A stretch of 64,000 nt of DNA from Desulfobacterales bacterium. GTDB taxonomy: Bacteria; Desulfobacterota; Desulfobacteria; Desulfobacterales; UBA2245. The position numbers and the translations under genes were made by a program. The stretch spans positions 124,001 through 188,000 of the forward strand of contig JAXGZF010000007.1 of the NCBI GenBank assembly GCA_040771865.1, in the 5' to 3' direction. Below, piece by piece: positions 19,501 to 31,573 of this stretch; the first letter of the stretch is position 1, and each line of letters begins with the position of its first letter. The notes under the pieces are model-generated. The model did no database searches. It was given only the letters and a program-made list of their open reading frames with translations, and was not told the origin of the DNA.

Positions 19501-21261
19501 TTAGCTCTCGATAAAACTTTTCAATTTGCGGCTGCGCGTGGGATGCCGCAACTTACGGAGCGCTTTGGCTTCAATCTGACGGATCCGTTCGCGTGTAACC
19601 GCAAAATCCTGTCCAACTTCCTCAAGGGTATGATCGGCCTTTTCTCCGATTCCAAAACGCATGCGAAGCACTTTTTCCTCACGCGGCGTCAGGGTAGCCA
19701 GTACCTTGCGGGTCTGTTCCGCCAGATTCAGGCTGACGGCGGCTTCAGATGGCAGCATGAATTTCTTGTCTTCAATGAAGTCGCCCAGATGGCTGTCTTC
19801 CTCCTCGCCAATCGGTGTTTCAAGAGAAATCGGCTCCCGCGCGATTTTCAAGACCTTGCGGACTTTCTCCAGAGGAATCTCCATTTTTTCGGCGATTTCT
19901 TCAGGAGTCGGTTCCCTGCCCATTTCCTGAACCAGATACCTTGAAGTGCGGATCAGTTTATTGATGGTTTCAATCATGTGAACCGGAATTCGTATGGTAC
20001 GCGCCTGATCAGCGATCGCCCGGGTGATGGCCTGCCGAATCCACCAGGTTGCATAGGTGCTGAATTTGTAACCCCGCCTGTACTCAAACTTGTCGACCGC
20101 CTTCATCAGACCGATGTTTCCTTCCTGAATCAGGTCGAGAAACTGCAATCCCCGGTTGGTGTATTTCTTAGCAATGCTCACCACCAGCCTGAGATTGGCC
20201 TTGATAAGTTCTGATTTTGCAATCTTGGCTTCACGCCTGCCGTCATCCACCGCCGACATCACGCGTTTGAGCGATCTGCAGCGCGACTTGACCAGACACT
20301 CCCGGGTCTCAATTGCATTCTGAATGTCGTTCAGATCTTTAAAAATGAGCTCAATTTCCCTGGGCTGCAAACCGGATCGGCAAAGGGCCCAGTTGGTAAA
20401 CGCAGTCCTGTTTCGAAACAGTTCCTTAAAATCGCCGACCGGCGCATTGAAGGCCTCGGCACACATGGCGATCATCTTGTTGAAACTGTCAAACCAGTCA
20501 ATCTGACATCGAATGATTTTCTCAATTCTGTCGATGATACCGCTCTCCAAACGCCATTCCTTGAGCAGATCGAACATCTTATGATTGCGCCTGGTGATGC
20601 ATCGCCGAACCCGGCGTTGCTCTCCGGCATCCAATTCCTCCGAAAAAAGCTTTTCCCGGAAGACCTTGTTTTCCTCGTCAATCTGCCGTATGGCATCAAT
20701 CGTGCTCAGAAACTTTTCAAGCTGAACGACTTCGTCCACATAGGCATCCCCCTCGTCAATATCCCGCAATACATGCTTGGGCCGGACTGTTTTGTCTTGA
20801 ATGCGAGTTCCCAGATCTAAGACGCATGCAACCCCCGTGGTCGTATCCAGAAGCGCCCTTAAAACCTCCTGCTCTCCGGCTTCGATCTGTTTGGCAATTT
20901 CCACCTCTCCTTCCCTGCTCAGCAGCGTAACCATTCCCATCTCACGCAGATACATCTTGACCGGATCGGTAACAGCGCCAAAATCGCTCAGGGACTCATC
21001 CTCAAGTTGACTCTTCTTAACCTTGACCTCTCGATCCCGGTCGAAGACTTTATTGCCATTAACAATTTCGATATCCACCTCATCGAATATCATCAGGGTT
21101 TCATCGACCTGATCAACTGCGAGCATCTCTTCGGGAAGCGCCTGATTAATCTCTTCATAAGTCAGATATCCCTGCCTTTTTCCCTTTGAAATCAAATCAT
21201 TGATGGCATTCTGCCCGGTCGTGTCGATATTCTGAGTTTTAGGAGATGTTTTTTTTGTCAT
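19501..21261 (-). CDS. rpoD: Primary sigma factor sigma70
   Basis: [67 protein letters not shown]. Confidence 0.99.
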   Translation of the reverse strand: MTKKTSPKTQNIDTTGQNAINDLISKGKRQGYLTYEEINQALPEEMLAVDQVDETLMIFDEVDIEIVNGNKVFDRDREVKVKKSQLEDESLSDFGAVTDPVKMYLREMGMVTLLSREGEVEIAKQIEAGEQEVLRALLDTTTGVACVLDLGTRIQDKTVRPKHVLRDIDEGDAYVDEVVQLEKFLSTIDAIRQIDEENKVFREKLFSEELDAGEQRRVRRCITRRNHKMFDLLKEWRLESGIIDRIEKIIRCQIDWFDSFNKMIAMCAEAFNAPVGDFKELFRNRTAFTNWALCRSGLQPREIELIFKDLNDIQNAIETRECLVKSRCRSLKRVMSAVDDGRREAKIAKSELIKANLRLVVSIAKKYTNRGLQFLDLIQEGNIGLMKAVDKFEYRRGYKFSTYATWWIRQAITRAIADQARTIRIPVHMIETINKLIRTSRYLVQEMGREPTPEEIAEKMEIPLEKVRKVLKIAREPISLETPIGEEEDSHLGDFIEDKKFMLPSEAAVSLNLAEQTRKVLATLTPREEKVLRMRFGIGEKADHTLEEVGQDFAVTRERIRQIEAKALRKLRHPTRSRKLKSFIES

Positions 21262-21297
21262 ATAAGTATGTCCTCCTGCGCATAGAATCCAGAGAGC

Positions 21298-23085
21298 CTA
21301 AGATCGCTCCCTGGCCTGAGTTTGCCTTTCGCGCAACAATTCGATCAGCAGGTCCTGATTATTTTCTGCTTCGGCCGCCTTGATTCTCTGTAGCAGAGTG
21401 TCCTTTTCCCGTTGAACGCTGATTTCGAACTGGTATATGAGATTCAAGCACCCTTCCCGGTTCCAGGACTGTTCATCCATGGCCAGCGAAGCAGCCATAC
21501 GGCGCTGTTCGTCGTTTTCCATCCGCTGCATCAGATCATGTACGGATATCGCCTCTCCCCGCTCTTGATCCAATATAATTTTTCCGATACTCATCAGCAT
21601 AGCATTCTGAAACTTATCAACAAGTCGACGAGCTCTGACCTCCGGTAAAATTTCGGGGAACTGAAGCATCATCGCGACAAGCTGCCGTTCGAATCGGTGG
21701 AATCTTGTTGTCCCGTTCCTGCAGCCCGGGACCGTGGATCGTTCATTCAATACATTTCGCGACCTTGAATCGACTATTTCTTTATCCTTAAACCGTAAAA
21801 CGGTTCTGACTTTTTCCAGAACCGCTTTTTCCTCAACCCCGATGCGATCGGCCAGGCTTCGGACATAGAGACTGCGGGCCACCGGATCACCAACGGATGC
21901 CAGCAACCGACTGATCTGCGAGATAATCCTCAATTTCCCCTCTACGGACAAGCCGTGTTGTTTGATGGAGGTTTCCATGAGAAAGTTCATGGGATCCATC
22001 GCATTTTGAGCGATTTTTTCAAACGCGTCGGACCCGAACTTCATTAAAAAAGAATCCGGATCTTCCCCCGAGGGAAGCACCAGAATGCGGCCCTGAATCT
22101 CTTCTTTCCGAAAGGTTTCAACCGTGCGAAGAGCGGCCTTGATGCCTGCCTGATCCGAGTCGTAGACCAGAACAAATCTGCTGGCATAACCCTTGAGCAT
22201 ATGCACATGATCCGGAGTTAAAGCCGTGCCCAGCGTCGCTACGGCATTCTCAATTCCATGGCAATACATCGATATCAGGTCAAAATACCCTTCAACAATG
22301 TATACGACATCGGTTTCGCGGCATCTGAGTTTTGAATGATTCAACCCGTAGAGGATCCGGCTTTTGCTGTACAAAGCGGTTTCAGGCGAGTTGAGATACT
22401 TGGGCAAACTGTCGTCCATGACGCGTCCGCCGAATCCAACCAATCTGCCGCCGGCATCCATGATCGGAAACATGATCCGGTTTCGAAAACGATCATAATA
22501 ACCGGGTTTGTCCTTTCGGGCGATCGCCAGACCTGCCGTTGCCAATAAATCCGGAAACACTCCCTGCTTCGACATGAAACTAAGCAATCCGTCCCAACTG
22601 TCCGGCGCATATCCGACGCCAAACCTTTGAAGCACATCTTCCCGCATTTCCCTTTTTTTTAAATACGCTCTCGCCAAGCGGCCTTGGGCGACGTCCAGCA
22701 GACAGTGCCGAAAAAAATCCATCGCCCGACGGTTGATCGACAACAAGGCCTCCTGCCGCTTCATTCGGGATTTCATCTCCGGCGGCATCTTTTCCATGGA
22801 GACTTCAATACCGCAACGGCTGGCCAACTGCCGGACCGCCTCCGGAAAAGAAATGGCATGATACTTCATGACAAAACTGAACACATTGCCGCCTTCTCCA
22901 CATCCGAAGCAGTGAAACATCTGTTTATCCGGACTCACCGTAAAGGAGGGAGTTTTGTCGGAATGAAACGGACAGAGGCCCACATAGTTGCGTCCGGTCT
23001 TGTTCAGCATCACCACCTCGGATATGATCCCGACGATATCTGAAGCATTTTTAACGGCTGACACGGTTTCTTCTGGGATGAACAT
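21298..23085 (-). CDS. dnaG: DNA primase
   Basis: CPFH and HCFGC zinc finger, DRFRNRIMFPI, KYLNSPET, VEGYFD, YDSDQAG Toprim motifs. Confidence 0.98.
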   Translation of the reverse strand: MFIPEETVSAVKNASDIVGIISEVVMLNKTGRNYVGLCPFHSDKTPSFTVSPDKQMFHCFGCGEGGNVFSFVMKYHAISFPEAVRQLASRCGIEVSMEKMPPEMKSRMKRQEALLSINRRAMDFFRHCLLDVAQGRLARAYLKKREMREDVLQRFGVGYAPDSWDGLLSFMSKQGVFPDLLATAGLAIARKDKPGYYDRFRNRIMFPIMDAGGRLVGFGGRVMDDSLPKYLNSPETALYSKSRILYGLNHSKLRCRETDVVYIVEGYFDLISMYCHGIENAVATLGTALTPDHVHMLKGYASRFVLVYDSDQAGIKAALRTVETFRKEEIQGRILVLPSGEDPDSFLMKFGSDAFEKIAQNAMDPMNFLMETSIKQHGLSVEGKLRIISQISRLLASVGDPVARSLYVRSLADRIGVEEKAVLEKVRTVLRFKDKEIVDSRSRNVLNERSTVPGCRNGTTRFHRFERQLVAMMLQFPEILPEVRARRLVDKFQNAMLMSIGKIILDQERGEAISVHDLMQRMENDEQRRMAASLAMDEQSWNREGCLNLIYQFEISVQREKDTLLQRIKAAEAENNQDLLIELLRERQTQARERS

Positions 23086-23316
23086 GGTAAAGGCTACCCC
23101 CAGATGTCATTCATTTGGCAAGCCGGACAATGTTGGAAGGCACCCGCATCGTAAAAGTACCCGGGCGGCTCTTGCGGTGAAGGACAATAAATTCGATGAC
23201 CACCCCAACGCAATCAAAACATCGGTCAAAAGCCGAATCAATTTCATTATATTAATATAATTTCGAATCTTATCAGGTCAAGACGGGCCCGATGGAAACC
23301 CAAAGAAAAAACCCCT

Positions 23317-24051
23317 TCAGCCCGCGGTGCTTCGTGTCAGTTCAATGGCCTGTTTGAGGTCCAGAGTCCCGGCATAAAGGGCCTTTCCTGCAATTGCACC
23401 CACAACACCGTCAGGTTCAAGTTTAATCAGGTCAATAATATCCTGAATGCTTGCAATCCCCCCCGATGCCACTACCGGAATGGCTACGGCCTGCGCAAGG
23501 CGCCGGGTTTCTTCGAGATTGGGTCCGGTCTGCATGCCGTCGCGATGAATATCGGTAAAATTAATGGCCGCCACGCCGCAGTCCTCAAAACTTCTGGCCA
23601 GATCCACCGCGGAAATCCGCGTATCATGCGTCCACCCATTAATCGAAACATAACCGTTCCGGGCGTCGATTCCCACAACGATACGCCCTGAATACGCCTT
23701 GCAGGCATCTTGCACGAGCTGAGGATTGCGAATGGCTTCGGTTCCGATTATCACCCGGTTCACCCCAAGCGACAGATATGTTTCGATCGTGTCCATGGTG
23801 CGGATTCCGCCGCCGACTTGAATCGGCACGTTTACGGATTGAAGAATTTGTTTAATGGCATTCATGTTGCGCGGATTCTTCGATACTGCTCCGTCCAGAT
23901 CCACGACATGAATGATTTCAGCCCCTTCCCGAGCCCACCGCATGGCCATGGCCGAAGGATCGTTGGAAAAGACCGTTTCTGCATCCATACGGCCTTGAAG
24001 CAGTCTGACGCATCGACCTTCTTTAATATCAACAGCTGGAATAATGATCAT
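23317..24051 (-). CDS. hisA: ProFAR isomerase HisA
   Basis: IIPAVDIKEGRCVRL, HVVDLDGA, QVGGGIR, TDIHRDG, ASGG. Confidence 0.97.
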   Translation of the reverse strand: MIIIPAVDIKEGRCVRLLQGRMDAETVFSNDPSAMAMRWAREGAEIIHVVDLDGAVSKNPRNMNAIKQILQSVNVPIQVGGGIRTMDTIETYLSLGVNRVIIGTEAIRNPQLVQDACKAYSGRIVVGIDARNGYVSINGWTHDTRISAVDLARSFEDCGVAAINFTDIHRDGMQTGPNLEETRRLAQAVAIPVVASGGIASIQDIIDLIKLEPDGVVGAIAGKALYAGTLDLKQAIELTRSTAG

Positions 24052-24731
24052 TTTTTCGGAAATGATTTGAGCACATCTTCGATACCAAGAGCAGCCATCT
24101 GATCAGCGGTCATCCACTGCCCCCCGCCCTTTAGAAATGTGCTGATTTTGAGCGCATTGTCTGATAACGCGCGCTGGGTTTCATCGAAACGTCCGGTCCA
24201 GACGATACGGCCGTCCGAAACCTGAAGCAGATGTATGTCAAATGCCACCGATGCCGGTGAATCCACTGAATACGCGACTCCGACACGATCCTGATACCGG
24301 TAAAGATGACCGATCAGAACAGCGTCCGCCTCCATATGCCTTCCTATTTCCAAGAGCATCTCCCGATCGGAACGCCCCTTTGCTTCGGCAGCGATCAAAT
24401 CCGGAAAGCTTTCAAGAACCTGTTCGGGGGCAAGGAGGTCGTAGCCGAATCCTTCGGACATTGTATTAAAGAGCTTTTCAGAAAGCGGACCTTCAACGCC
24501 GTCCGGAATTACGCCCGCCGCAAAAATATCGCCGCATAACGGGCATCGAATATTGCCTTCATGCCCATAAATCGCCGTCAGATCCTTAAACGGCATGACC
24601 AGTATTTTATTTATATCTTCTAGTGGTTGAGTTTGAGTTAATGACCTCATGCCAGTACAGCCGGCAAGCAGAAACAACCCCGCCATAATCACTATCACGA
24701 TACGTTCGGAAAGATATTTACGCTTCAGCAT
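24048..24731 (-). CDS. Putative lipoprotein
   Basis: Signal peptide with lipobox LLAGC; internal CPLC; ADAVLIG and ASVAF segments suggest a CsgG/TolB-N-like fold (tentative). Confidence 0.7.
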   Translation of the reverse strand: MLKRKYLSERIVIVIMAGLFLLAGCTGMRSLTQTQPLEDINKILVMPFKDLTAIYGHEGNIRCPLCGDIFAAGVIPDGVEGPLSEKLFNTMSEGFGYDLLAPEQVLESFPDLIAAEAKGRSDREMLLEIGRHMEADAVLIGHLYRYQDRVGVAYSVDSPASVAFDIHLLQVSDGRIVWTGRFDETQRALSDNALKISTFLKGGGQWMTADQMAALGIEDVLKSFPKK

Positions 24732-24787
24732 ACTCTCCTCAGATTATCCGATATCTGGAAGGAAAAGAGCCTATCGTCTTCAACAGA

Positions 24788-25378
24788 CTACAGGGTTCCT
24801 TTGGTGGAACGAACGTCGATGATCCGTGCATCTATCGATACGGCCTCATCCAGAGCCCGGCCAAACGCCTTGAAAACGGACTCCAGAATATGGTGTTCGT
24901 TTTCGCCGTAAAGACCGTTTATGTGAAGGTTCATTCCACCTCGAACGGCAAATGCGCGAAAAAACTCATTGGCCAGGAACCGATCAAAGCCGGCTGATAT
25001 TTGGATCGCAGGAGGAAGACGATACACAAGGAAGGGACGCTTGGACAAATCCAGGGCAACCGAGGTCAGGGCGTCATCCATGGGAGTTGCCGCGAAACCG
25101 AAACGCCGGATTCCTTTTCTGGAGCCCAGGGCCTTGTCCAGCGCATCGCCCATAACAAGCCCCACATCTTCAACCGTGTGATGAAAATCCACCTCGATAT
25201 CCCCTTCGGCGACGAGCTTCAGATCAAAGAAACCATGCACGGCAAAAAGACGCAGCATATGATCGAAAAAAGGAATGCCTGTCGATATATCATGGCTGCC
25301 AACGCCATCCAGCTTCAGCAGCGCACGGATTTGGGTTTCACCCGTTTTTCGCTCAACCTCGGCAAAACGTTCTTTCAT
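24788..25378 (-). CDS. hisB: Imidazoleglycerol-phosphate dehydratase
   Basis: RKTGETQI, FFDHML, DFHHTVEDVG, PMDDAL, NEHHILESVFKA, STKGTL. Confidence 0.98.
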   Translation of the reverse strand: MKERFAEVERKTGETQIRALLKLDGVGSHDISTGIPFFDHMLRLFAVHGFFDLKLVAEGDIEVDFHHTVEDVGLVMGDALDKALGSRKGIRRFGFAATPMDDALTSVALDLSKRPFLVYRLPPAIQISAGFDRFLANEFFRAFAVRGGMNLHINGLYGENEHHILESVFKAFGRALDEAVSIDARIIDVRSTKGTL

Positions 25379-25659
25379 GATTGACCCCTGAGATGTAACC
25401 AGGCTTCCTGAAAGGGACTTTCACCTCTATCCGTAAAAAAATCAACTATGTATTTCAATTGATCGGATTGGATACAGGCGAGTTCAGCTGTTCTTGAATC
25501 TTAAAAACCGAAAACCGCTTCGATTCTCCCGCCCTGTAAATAGCCAACCATATCCAATCTTCTTCAAAGGACACGCACGTCGACTACTTGATTTTCAATC
25601 AGCGTCAAAGCGACGTCAATCGGCCAAGCGAGTATCTTCTCCCGCGGTTTTCCAAAAAA

Positions 25660-25735
25660 TGGTGGAGATGAGGGGGATCGAACCCCTGGCCTCGGCGTTG
25701 CGAACGCCGCGCTCTCCCAGCTGAGCTACATCCCC
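25660..25735 (-). tRNA. tRNA-Ala(CGC)
   Basis: GGGGATGTAGCTCAG...CGGCG-TT-CGC-AA-CGCCG...GGTTCGATCCCC...CTCCACCA; G3:U70 pair present. Confidence 0.96.
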
Positions 25736-25966
25736 ACTATCAACAAACATCAAGATTGGCTATCATACAATAACACGCCGGTCAATAAATATTTGCCAAT
25801 CGCGGGGTAAATATCCGGTTCCGCCGCTTATCGAATGCAAAGATCTTTTTCCATGCGCTCGATACGGTTTCGAATCTAGAATTTGAATTCATTGACTTTT
25901 TCGATTAAATCCTGATACAGATTCAATAACGGTTCCAAATTACCAGCCTTATTCAAGGAGTTTGCC

Positions 25967-26173
25967 GTGAAACAGAAAGATTTTCAAATACCCAATATCA
26001 CCTGCAATCACTGCATCAGAGCCATTCAGGACGAATTGACACAAATCAAAGGCGTGGTATCCGTTTCCGGAAACCCTCAAGATCGCCGGATTTTTGTGGT
26101 CTGGTCCACGCCGGCTTCAGAAGAGGAAATCCGTCGGGTCCTTTCGGAAATGAATTACCCCGCCCAAAATTGA
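25967..26173 (+). CDS. copZ: Copper chaperone (HMA domain)
   Basis: 68 aa with NITCNHC; AAGGAG RBS; immediately upstream of copA. Confidence 0.88.
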   Translation: MKQKDFQIPNITCNHCIRAIQDELTQIKGVVSVSGNPQDRRIFVVWSTPASEEEIRRVLSEMNYPAQN

Positions 26174-26206
26174 AACTCAGTAAAAACAGATTCAGAGAAA
26201 CGGTCC

Positions 26207-28648
26207 ATGGAAGAGATTCGCCTGCCAGTTGTCGGGATGACTTGCGCCAACTGTGCAATGAACATCGAAAGACGGCTGAAAAAAATCGACGGCATCGCCG
26301 AGACTGATGTCAGTTTTGCCACCGAAAACGCCCGTGTGCGTTTCGATCCTCGAATACTGTCCCTGGCGCAAATCGTCAACGCCATTGAAGACAGCGGGTA
26401 TTCTGTGCCCCTGTCCCGGACGGAACTTGCGATTATAGGAATGAGCTGCGTCAATTGCGCCGGCAACATCGAAAGATTTCTGATACGAAAAGTGCCTGGA
26501 ATCGTTCGAGCGTCGGTAAATTTTGCCGCGGAAAAGCTTGTTGTCACCTATGTTCCCGGAACCTGCGACGGCAAAGATATCATCGATGCGGTCGCCAAAG
26601 CCGGCTACCAGGCGGTTGCGCCTTCTGAAAGCGAGGAAGAGGCCGATACGGAAAGTGTGGCCAGGCAAAAGGAGGTCAGAGACCAGACTCAAAAATTTAT
26701 CGTCGGCGCCGCCTTCGCGCTTCCCCTGTTTCTCCTGAGCATGAGCCGGGACTTTGGCATTATCGGCGCCTGGAGCCACGCCCCGTGGATGAACGGATTC
26801 TTCTGGGTTTTGGCAACGCCGGTTCAGTTTTATACCGGCTGGGATTTTTACCGGGGAGCAATGGTCAGCCTTCGCAATAAAACCGCCAATATGGATGTGC
26901 TGGTGGCCATGGGCTCTTCGGTCGCCTATTTTTTTTCCCTGGTTGTTCTGTTTTTCCCGACCCTCAGCGAGCATGTCTATTTTGAAACCTCTGCCGTCAT
27001 CATCACCTTGATCAAGCTCGGCAAAATGCTTGAATCCCGGGCCAAGGGCAGAACCGGCAGCGCCATCCGCAAACTCATGGGGCTTCGACCCAGGCATGCC
27101 GCAATTCTTAAAGATGGCCGTGAAGAGCTGATTCCCATCTCCCAGGTTCGGGTATCGGACATTGTCCTGGTTCGTCCGGGCGAACGCATTCCGGTCGACG
27201 GAACCGTGCTGGAGGGAGAATCCACGGTAAATGAGTCCATGTTGACGGGAGAACCCCTTCCCGTGGATAAACATCCCGGAGATCCGCTGACCGGAGGCAC
27301 CATCAATGAACACGGTTTTCTGAAATTCCGGGCCGACCGGGTGGGAAAGCAGACCGCTCTGGCCCAGATCATACGGCTGGTGGAATCCGCCCAGGCAAGC
27401 AAAGCCCCCATTCAGGCCATGGCGGACCGCGTCGCTTCGGTTTTTGTTCCAGCCGTCATTCTGACTGCACTGCTGTCCTTCGTTCTGTGGTGGTCGTTTT
27501 CCGGCACCTTTACAACCGCGACAATCCGCCTGGTCGCCGTCCTGGTCATCGCCTGCCCCTGCGCCATCGGTCTGGCCACTCCCACAGCGATCATCGCCGG
27601 AACCGGAAAAGGAGCCGAATCCGGAATTTTGTTCAAAACCGGAGAAGCGCTGGAAACCGCCGCAAAAATCACCGCCGTCGTACTTGACAAGACCGGCACA
27701 TTAACCATCGGAAAACCGGAAGTCAGCGACGCACTGCCTCTGACGCCGAATTGTGACAACGAAATGGATTTGCTGAAAATAGCGGCCAGCGCGGAAAAGG
27801 GTTCCGAGCATCCCCTTGGAAAAGCCCTTGTCAGGGAAGCTGAAAACCGGGGGATCGTGCTTTCCGCGCCGACCGGCTTCAAGGCCTTCGGGGGTCAAGG
27901 AATTTCGGCCATCGTCAACGGCGAACAAATTGAGGTGGGAAAACCCGAATGGATCCGTCAGAACGGAGTCGATACCGCCTCTGCCGGCCCTGCAATCCGA
28001 GACCTTCAAAACGCAGGAAAATCCGTCATGGCCGTTTCCCGCGAAGGGATGCTCTGCGGACTGATCGCGCTGTCGGACACCCTGAGAGCCGAAGCCGCCG
28101 AAACCATCAGCCGGCTTCGGGAACACGGTCTTCGAGTGATCATGCTCACGGGAGACACCCGGCAAACGGCCGAGGCGGTATCAGGCCAGATTCATATCGA
28201 TACCTTTGTCGCCGAGGTGCCTCCCGAAGAAAAAGCTTCCGCGATCGCCCGTTTTCAGAAGGAAGGGTACAAAACGGCCATGGTCGGCGACGGCATCAAC
28301 GACGCGCCGGCACTTGCACAGGCCGATCTGGGTATTGCCATCGGAACGGGAACGGATGTCGCCATTGAGACCGGGGATGTCATCTTGTCCTCAGGCAATC
28401 TTCTGGGCATTGTGCGGGCCGTTTCACTGAGCCGTTCCACCATGCGCACGGTGCGGCAGAATCTGTTCTGGGCGTTGTTTTACAACACGATCCTGATTCC
28501 TGTAGCAGCAGGAATTCTGAATCCGTTTGATTCCCTGCCGCACTTTCTGCGTCAGCTGCACCCGATTCTGGCCGCAGGCGCCATGGCTTTAAGCAGCATA
28601 TCCGTGGTTTCCAACAGTTTGCGTCTCTCTCGCATTCGACTGGATTGA
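26207..28648 (+). CDS. copA: Cu(I)-translocating P1B-type ATPase
   Basis: Two HMA domains (GMTCANC, GMSCVNC), [37 protein letters not shown]. Confidence 0.97.
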   Translation: MEEIRLPVVGMTCANCAMNIERRLKKIDGIAETDVSFATENARVRFDPRILSLAQIVNAIEDSGYSVPLSRTELAIIGMSCVNCAGNIERFLIRKVPGIVRASVNFAAEKLVVTYVPGTCDGKDIIDAVAKAGYQAVAPSESEEEADTESVARQKEVRDQTQKFIVGAAFALPLFLLSMSRDFGIIGAWSHAPWMNGFFWVLATPVQFYTGWDFYRGAMVSLRNKTANMDVLVAMGSSVAYFFSLVVLFFPTLSEHVYFETSAVIITLIKLGKMLESRAKGRTGSAIRKLMGLRPRHAAILKDGREELIPISQVRVSDIVLVRPGERIPVDGTVLEGESTVNESMLTGEPLPVDKHPGDPLTGGTINEHGFLKFRADRVGKQTALAQIIRLVESAQASKAPIQAMADRVASVFVPAVILTALLSFVLWWSFSGTFTTATIRLVAVLVIACPCAIGLATPTAIIAGTGKGAESGILFKTGEALETAAKITAVVLDKTGTLTIGKPEVSDALPLTPNCDNEMDLLKIAASAEKGSEHPLGKALVREAENRGIVLSAPTGFKAFGGQGISAIVNGEQIEVGKPEWIRQNGVDTASAGPAIRDLQNAGKSVMAVSREGMLCGLIALSDTLRAEAAETISRLREHGLRVIMLTGDTRQTAEAVSGQIHIDTFVAEVPPEEKASAIARFQKEGYKTAMVGDGINDAPALAQADLGIAIGTGTDVAIETGDVILSSGNLLGIVRAVSLSRSTMRTVRQNLFWALFYNTILIPVAAGILNPFDSLPHFLRQLHPILAAGAMALSSISVVSNSLRLSRIRLD

Positions 28649-28672
28649 AAAATCCAGCAGCATTCTTGTTTG

Positions 28673-30916
28673 TCAGGCAGGCAGGATGTTTTGAAGAAGG
28701 TCCGAAATGCCGTCTCGAAGCCGCTCGATTGCTTCCAGGATTTGCACGGATCTTTGTTCAAGATCACAAAGCGCCGTAATTGTCTTTCTTTTATCATCGC
28801 TTTTTCGCCCGATCTGATCGACCAGTTCGGCCAGATCCTTGTCAATTACCTGAAATCGTTCAAAAAGCGTTTCGTACAGATTCTCGGCAACCGCATCGAT
28901 GAGTTTGTAAAGGTATTGAAATTTGAGATTTTCCCTGTAGTCGGTCAGATTGGCTTCAAGGGATCGTTCAGTATCCCGCTTGAGCCGAACCATACCATCC
29001 TTGAGCGCCATCACCTCGCGCTGCTGGCGGGTGACCGCTTTTTTTCTCAGCACCCTTTTGATTGCCGTGAACAGCGTATAAAAACCGAGCCGAAAAAACG
29101 CCTCGCTTCTGATCTTTGCCGAATATCTTAAAACGGCCGTGGCGGGGGGGAGTTGAAGTCCTGAAAGTTCCTTGATCATTTCGATATTTCTGAGCCTGTT
29201 GCCAGAAACACTGGCAATGCCTGGAATTGAAAAACTTTGAAGGGTGCGGTTGTATTCGTCCAGGGCGTCATTGAGCATGTTCTCGTATGGCCCTGAAATT
29301 GCTCCAACGGCCTGCACGATTTCCTTCTCGAGCCTACGGACATGACCAGCCACCCTTGGGTTGAAATGTTCGACCATGAAGGCATCCAGGGACTGACGAA
29401 ATTCATGGAAGGCCAGGCACATGGCGCCAGAAAAGCCGGCTGCATTCAAATTCTTTTCATGATTTTTTTCCGGAATCGAAAAACCCCGAATAAAGTCAAC
29501 GATGTCTTTGGCCGCCAGCCCGCTCCTGAAGTCAAAAAACCGGTCCAGAGCTTGTTTCTGCTCCTGCCGGATCTGTTGTACAGCCCCTTCCAGAGTGCTT
29601 TTCAGCATGGACCTGATCTGCTGCATCCATTTCTGATGAATGCGGATTTTGTCCACAAGCTCCATGGCGCTTTTCGTGTCCCGCCCGATAACGTCCCGGC
29701 ACATGCCAACCTGGTGATGGAATCCCGCAGCAATGATTCGGAGTCTCTCCAAGTGGTTCTTGAGCAGTAGAGCATATCGTTCTCCGGCGATTTTCCGGTC
29801 AAACGCCTCGGTAAAAAGGGTGGTCTGACGGTTTGAAAATTCCACCAGATCCTTTTCCCCCTCCCACTGTTCCAAGCGGGCCTGATCCTTTTTGGAAAGC
29901 AATGGCTGTACCGAACGAAACAGGTTGTAAAGAGCGGAAAGGGAAAATATTTGCGGTTGATCGCAGACCAGGCACAGGGACTCTTGAATCTTGCCGATCA
30001 GAACAATAAGATCCTCCAGAGATTCATGCTCGCTCACGTCGCAGTTGATCACAAAAACGATATTCTCCAGAATCCCCATCTCCCGGATCATGGAAAGCAG
30101 CTTGAAATCAGCCTGTCGCAGACCGGTGCGGCTGCTGATCACATAGACCAGGAAATGCGCGCGGAGCAGATAATCCTGAACCCTGGCAAGATGCAGCGGA
30201 TTGGGAGAGTCGCTGCCCTGGCAATCAGCGATCTCAATTCCAAAATCCCAATCGTTGTCGATCTCAAGCAGCATGTCTTCCAGATAAACGGCCAGGTCAT
30301 CGTCTCCGGCGAACTTTCTGTGCTCGACAAAGCCTTTGGCATCATATTCATGCACCTCCCTGTCGGGTCCGACCAGGGAGCAAACGCGATCATATCCTTT
30401 CAAATAATGGATCGGCAAAGCGGAGGCCGGATGCCTGAGCCCGTTCGCAACCAACATATCCGTGTCCAGACCCGAAAGGATCTCGGACAATTTTGCCCGA
30501 TCCGCGCTGCGGCGGATATCAAAATCCGCCGCTTCCTTGTCCGGGGGCAGCAAAGCCATGGCTTTCTGAATGTCGGCGTTGATCTGGTCCCATGCTTTAA
30601 AATAAAGTTTCGCCGAAAGCCGATCGCCTCTTCGAATTCGGGTGACCACCGCCGTCACGATGCCGGCGCCTCTTTTAAGATAATCACCGTTTAGCATCGA
30701 GTTGATAAAGGTGCTTTTCCCCGACTTCACCGCCCCCACAACAGCGATTCGAATTATGTCTCCATGTATCTCTCCGCCGAGACGGCCGCAGGTGTTTCTC
30801 CACGTCGAAAACACCTGATCGTCCGATACAAACAAGGATGAAGCCTTATCGAGAAGACCCGCCAGATCTTCACTGATCTGAAGGAGTTTTTGCTTTTTTT
30901 CCTGATAAATTTTCAT
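28673..30916 (-). CDS. Bacterial dynamin-like GTPase
   Basis: N-terminal P-loop GAVKSGKSTFIN, GAGIVT, IADCQG (G3 variant), long helical C-terminus. Confidence 0.8.
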   Translation of the reverse strand: MKIYQEKKQKLLQISEDLAGLLDKASSLFVSDDQVFSTWRNTCGRLGGEIHGDIIRIAVVGAVKSGKSTFINSMLNGDYLKRGAGIVTAVVTRIRRGDRLSAKLYFKAWDQINADIQKAMALLPPDKEAADFDIRRSADRAKLSEILSGLDTDMLVANGLRHPASALPIHYLKGYDRVCSLVGPDREVHEYDAKGFVEHRKFAGDDDLAVYLEDMLLEIDNDWDFGIEIADCQGSDSPNPLHLARVQDYLLRAHFLVYVISSRTGLRQADFKLLSMIREMGILENIVFVINCDVSEHESLEDLIVLIGKIQESLCLVCDQPQIFSLSALYNLFRSVQPLLSKKDQARLEQWEGEKDLVEFSNRQTTLFTEAFDRKIAGERYALLLKNHLERLRIIAAGFHHQVGMCRDVIGRDTKSAMELVDKIRIHQKWMQQIRSMLKSTLEGAVQQIRQEQKQALDRFFDFRSGLAAKDIVDFIRGFSIPEKNHEKNLNAAGFSGAMCLAFHEFRQSLDAFMVEHFNPRVAGHVRRLEKEIVQAVGAISGPYENMLNDALDEYNRTLQSFSIPGIASVSGNRLRNIEMIKELSGLQLPPATAVLRYSAKIRSEAFFRLGFYTLFTAIKRVLRKKAVTRQQREVMALKDGMVRLKRDTERSLEANLTDYRENLKFQYLYKLIDAVAENLYETLFERFQVIDKDLAELVDQIGRKSDDKRKTITALCDLEQRSVQILEAIERLRDGISDLLQNILPA

Positions 30917-31416
30917 ATTTCTTCGGCTCGAATATGACGGTTCAATTTTCCATATGCGCTGCGTCAACCTGATAAAAACGATCACAGACATGCAGGCGAA
31001 CCGACCTTCCTGCCGAAAAGGCCACCGCCATACGAAGGGTTTTCTAAAGATTCATCTCCTTAAAATCAGAAAGTACCCTACAACGCCTTGAGCTTGTTTG
31101 TCAAAACTTTACTTTACTCGCAACGGCATCAGAACACCGAATCCATCCGCAGTCTATCCAATTATCTCTGCTGATACTCCGACCGTCGGTTTACCTCCAA
31201 ATACAAGCCAGACTGCTCTCTGTACAAAGAGTTGTCGGCAGGATACTCATCTTACTGAGCGCGGAATCTACTTACTAACCTAATCACTTGTAAAATCTGT
31301 GATTTTATGATAGCTTTCCTTAAAATGACTGCTATATCGGCAAGACGGCTTTGGAACAAGCCTTTATCTTAAGCGGAAAGCGTGGAAACGGCTTCTTTGG
31401 AGGGGAAATTACATTC

Positions 31417-31569
31417 ATGTCGGAAAAGAATCCCGAATGTCCGCTTTATAATCCTCTAAACTGCAAGGAATACTATAACCCCAAGCTCTGTGCTTTTGTC
31501 CGCGAGGACAGAACCTGCCTCAAGAAAAAAAAGCCCAAACCCAAACCAGCGGAAGATACGTCCGACTGA
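31417..31569 (+). CDS. Small 50-aa four-cysteine basic protein
   Basis: GGAGG RBS, then MSEKNPECPLYNPLNCKEYYNPKLCAFVREDRTCLKKKKPKPK... Confidence 0.6.
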   Translation: MSEKNPECPLYNPLNCKEYYNPKLCAFVREDRTCLKKKKPKPKPAEDTSD

Positions 31570-31573
31570 ACTT

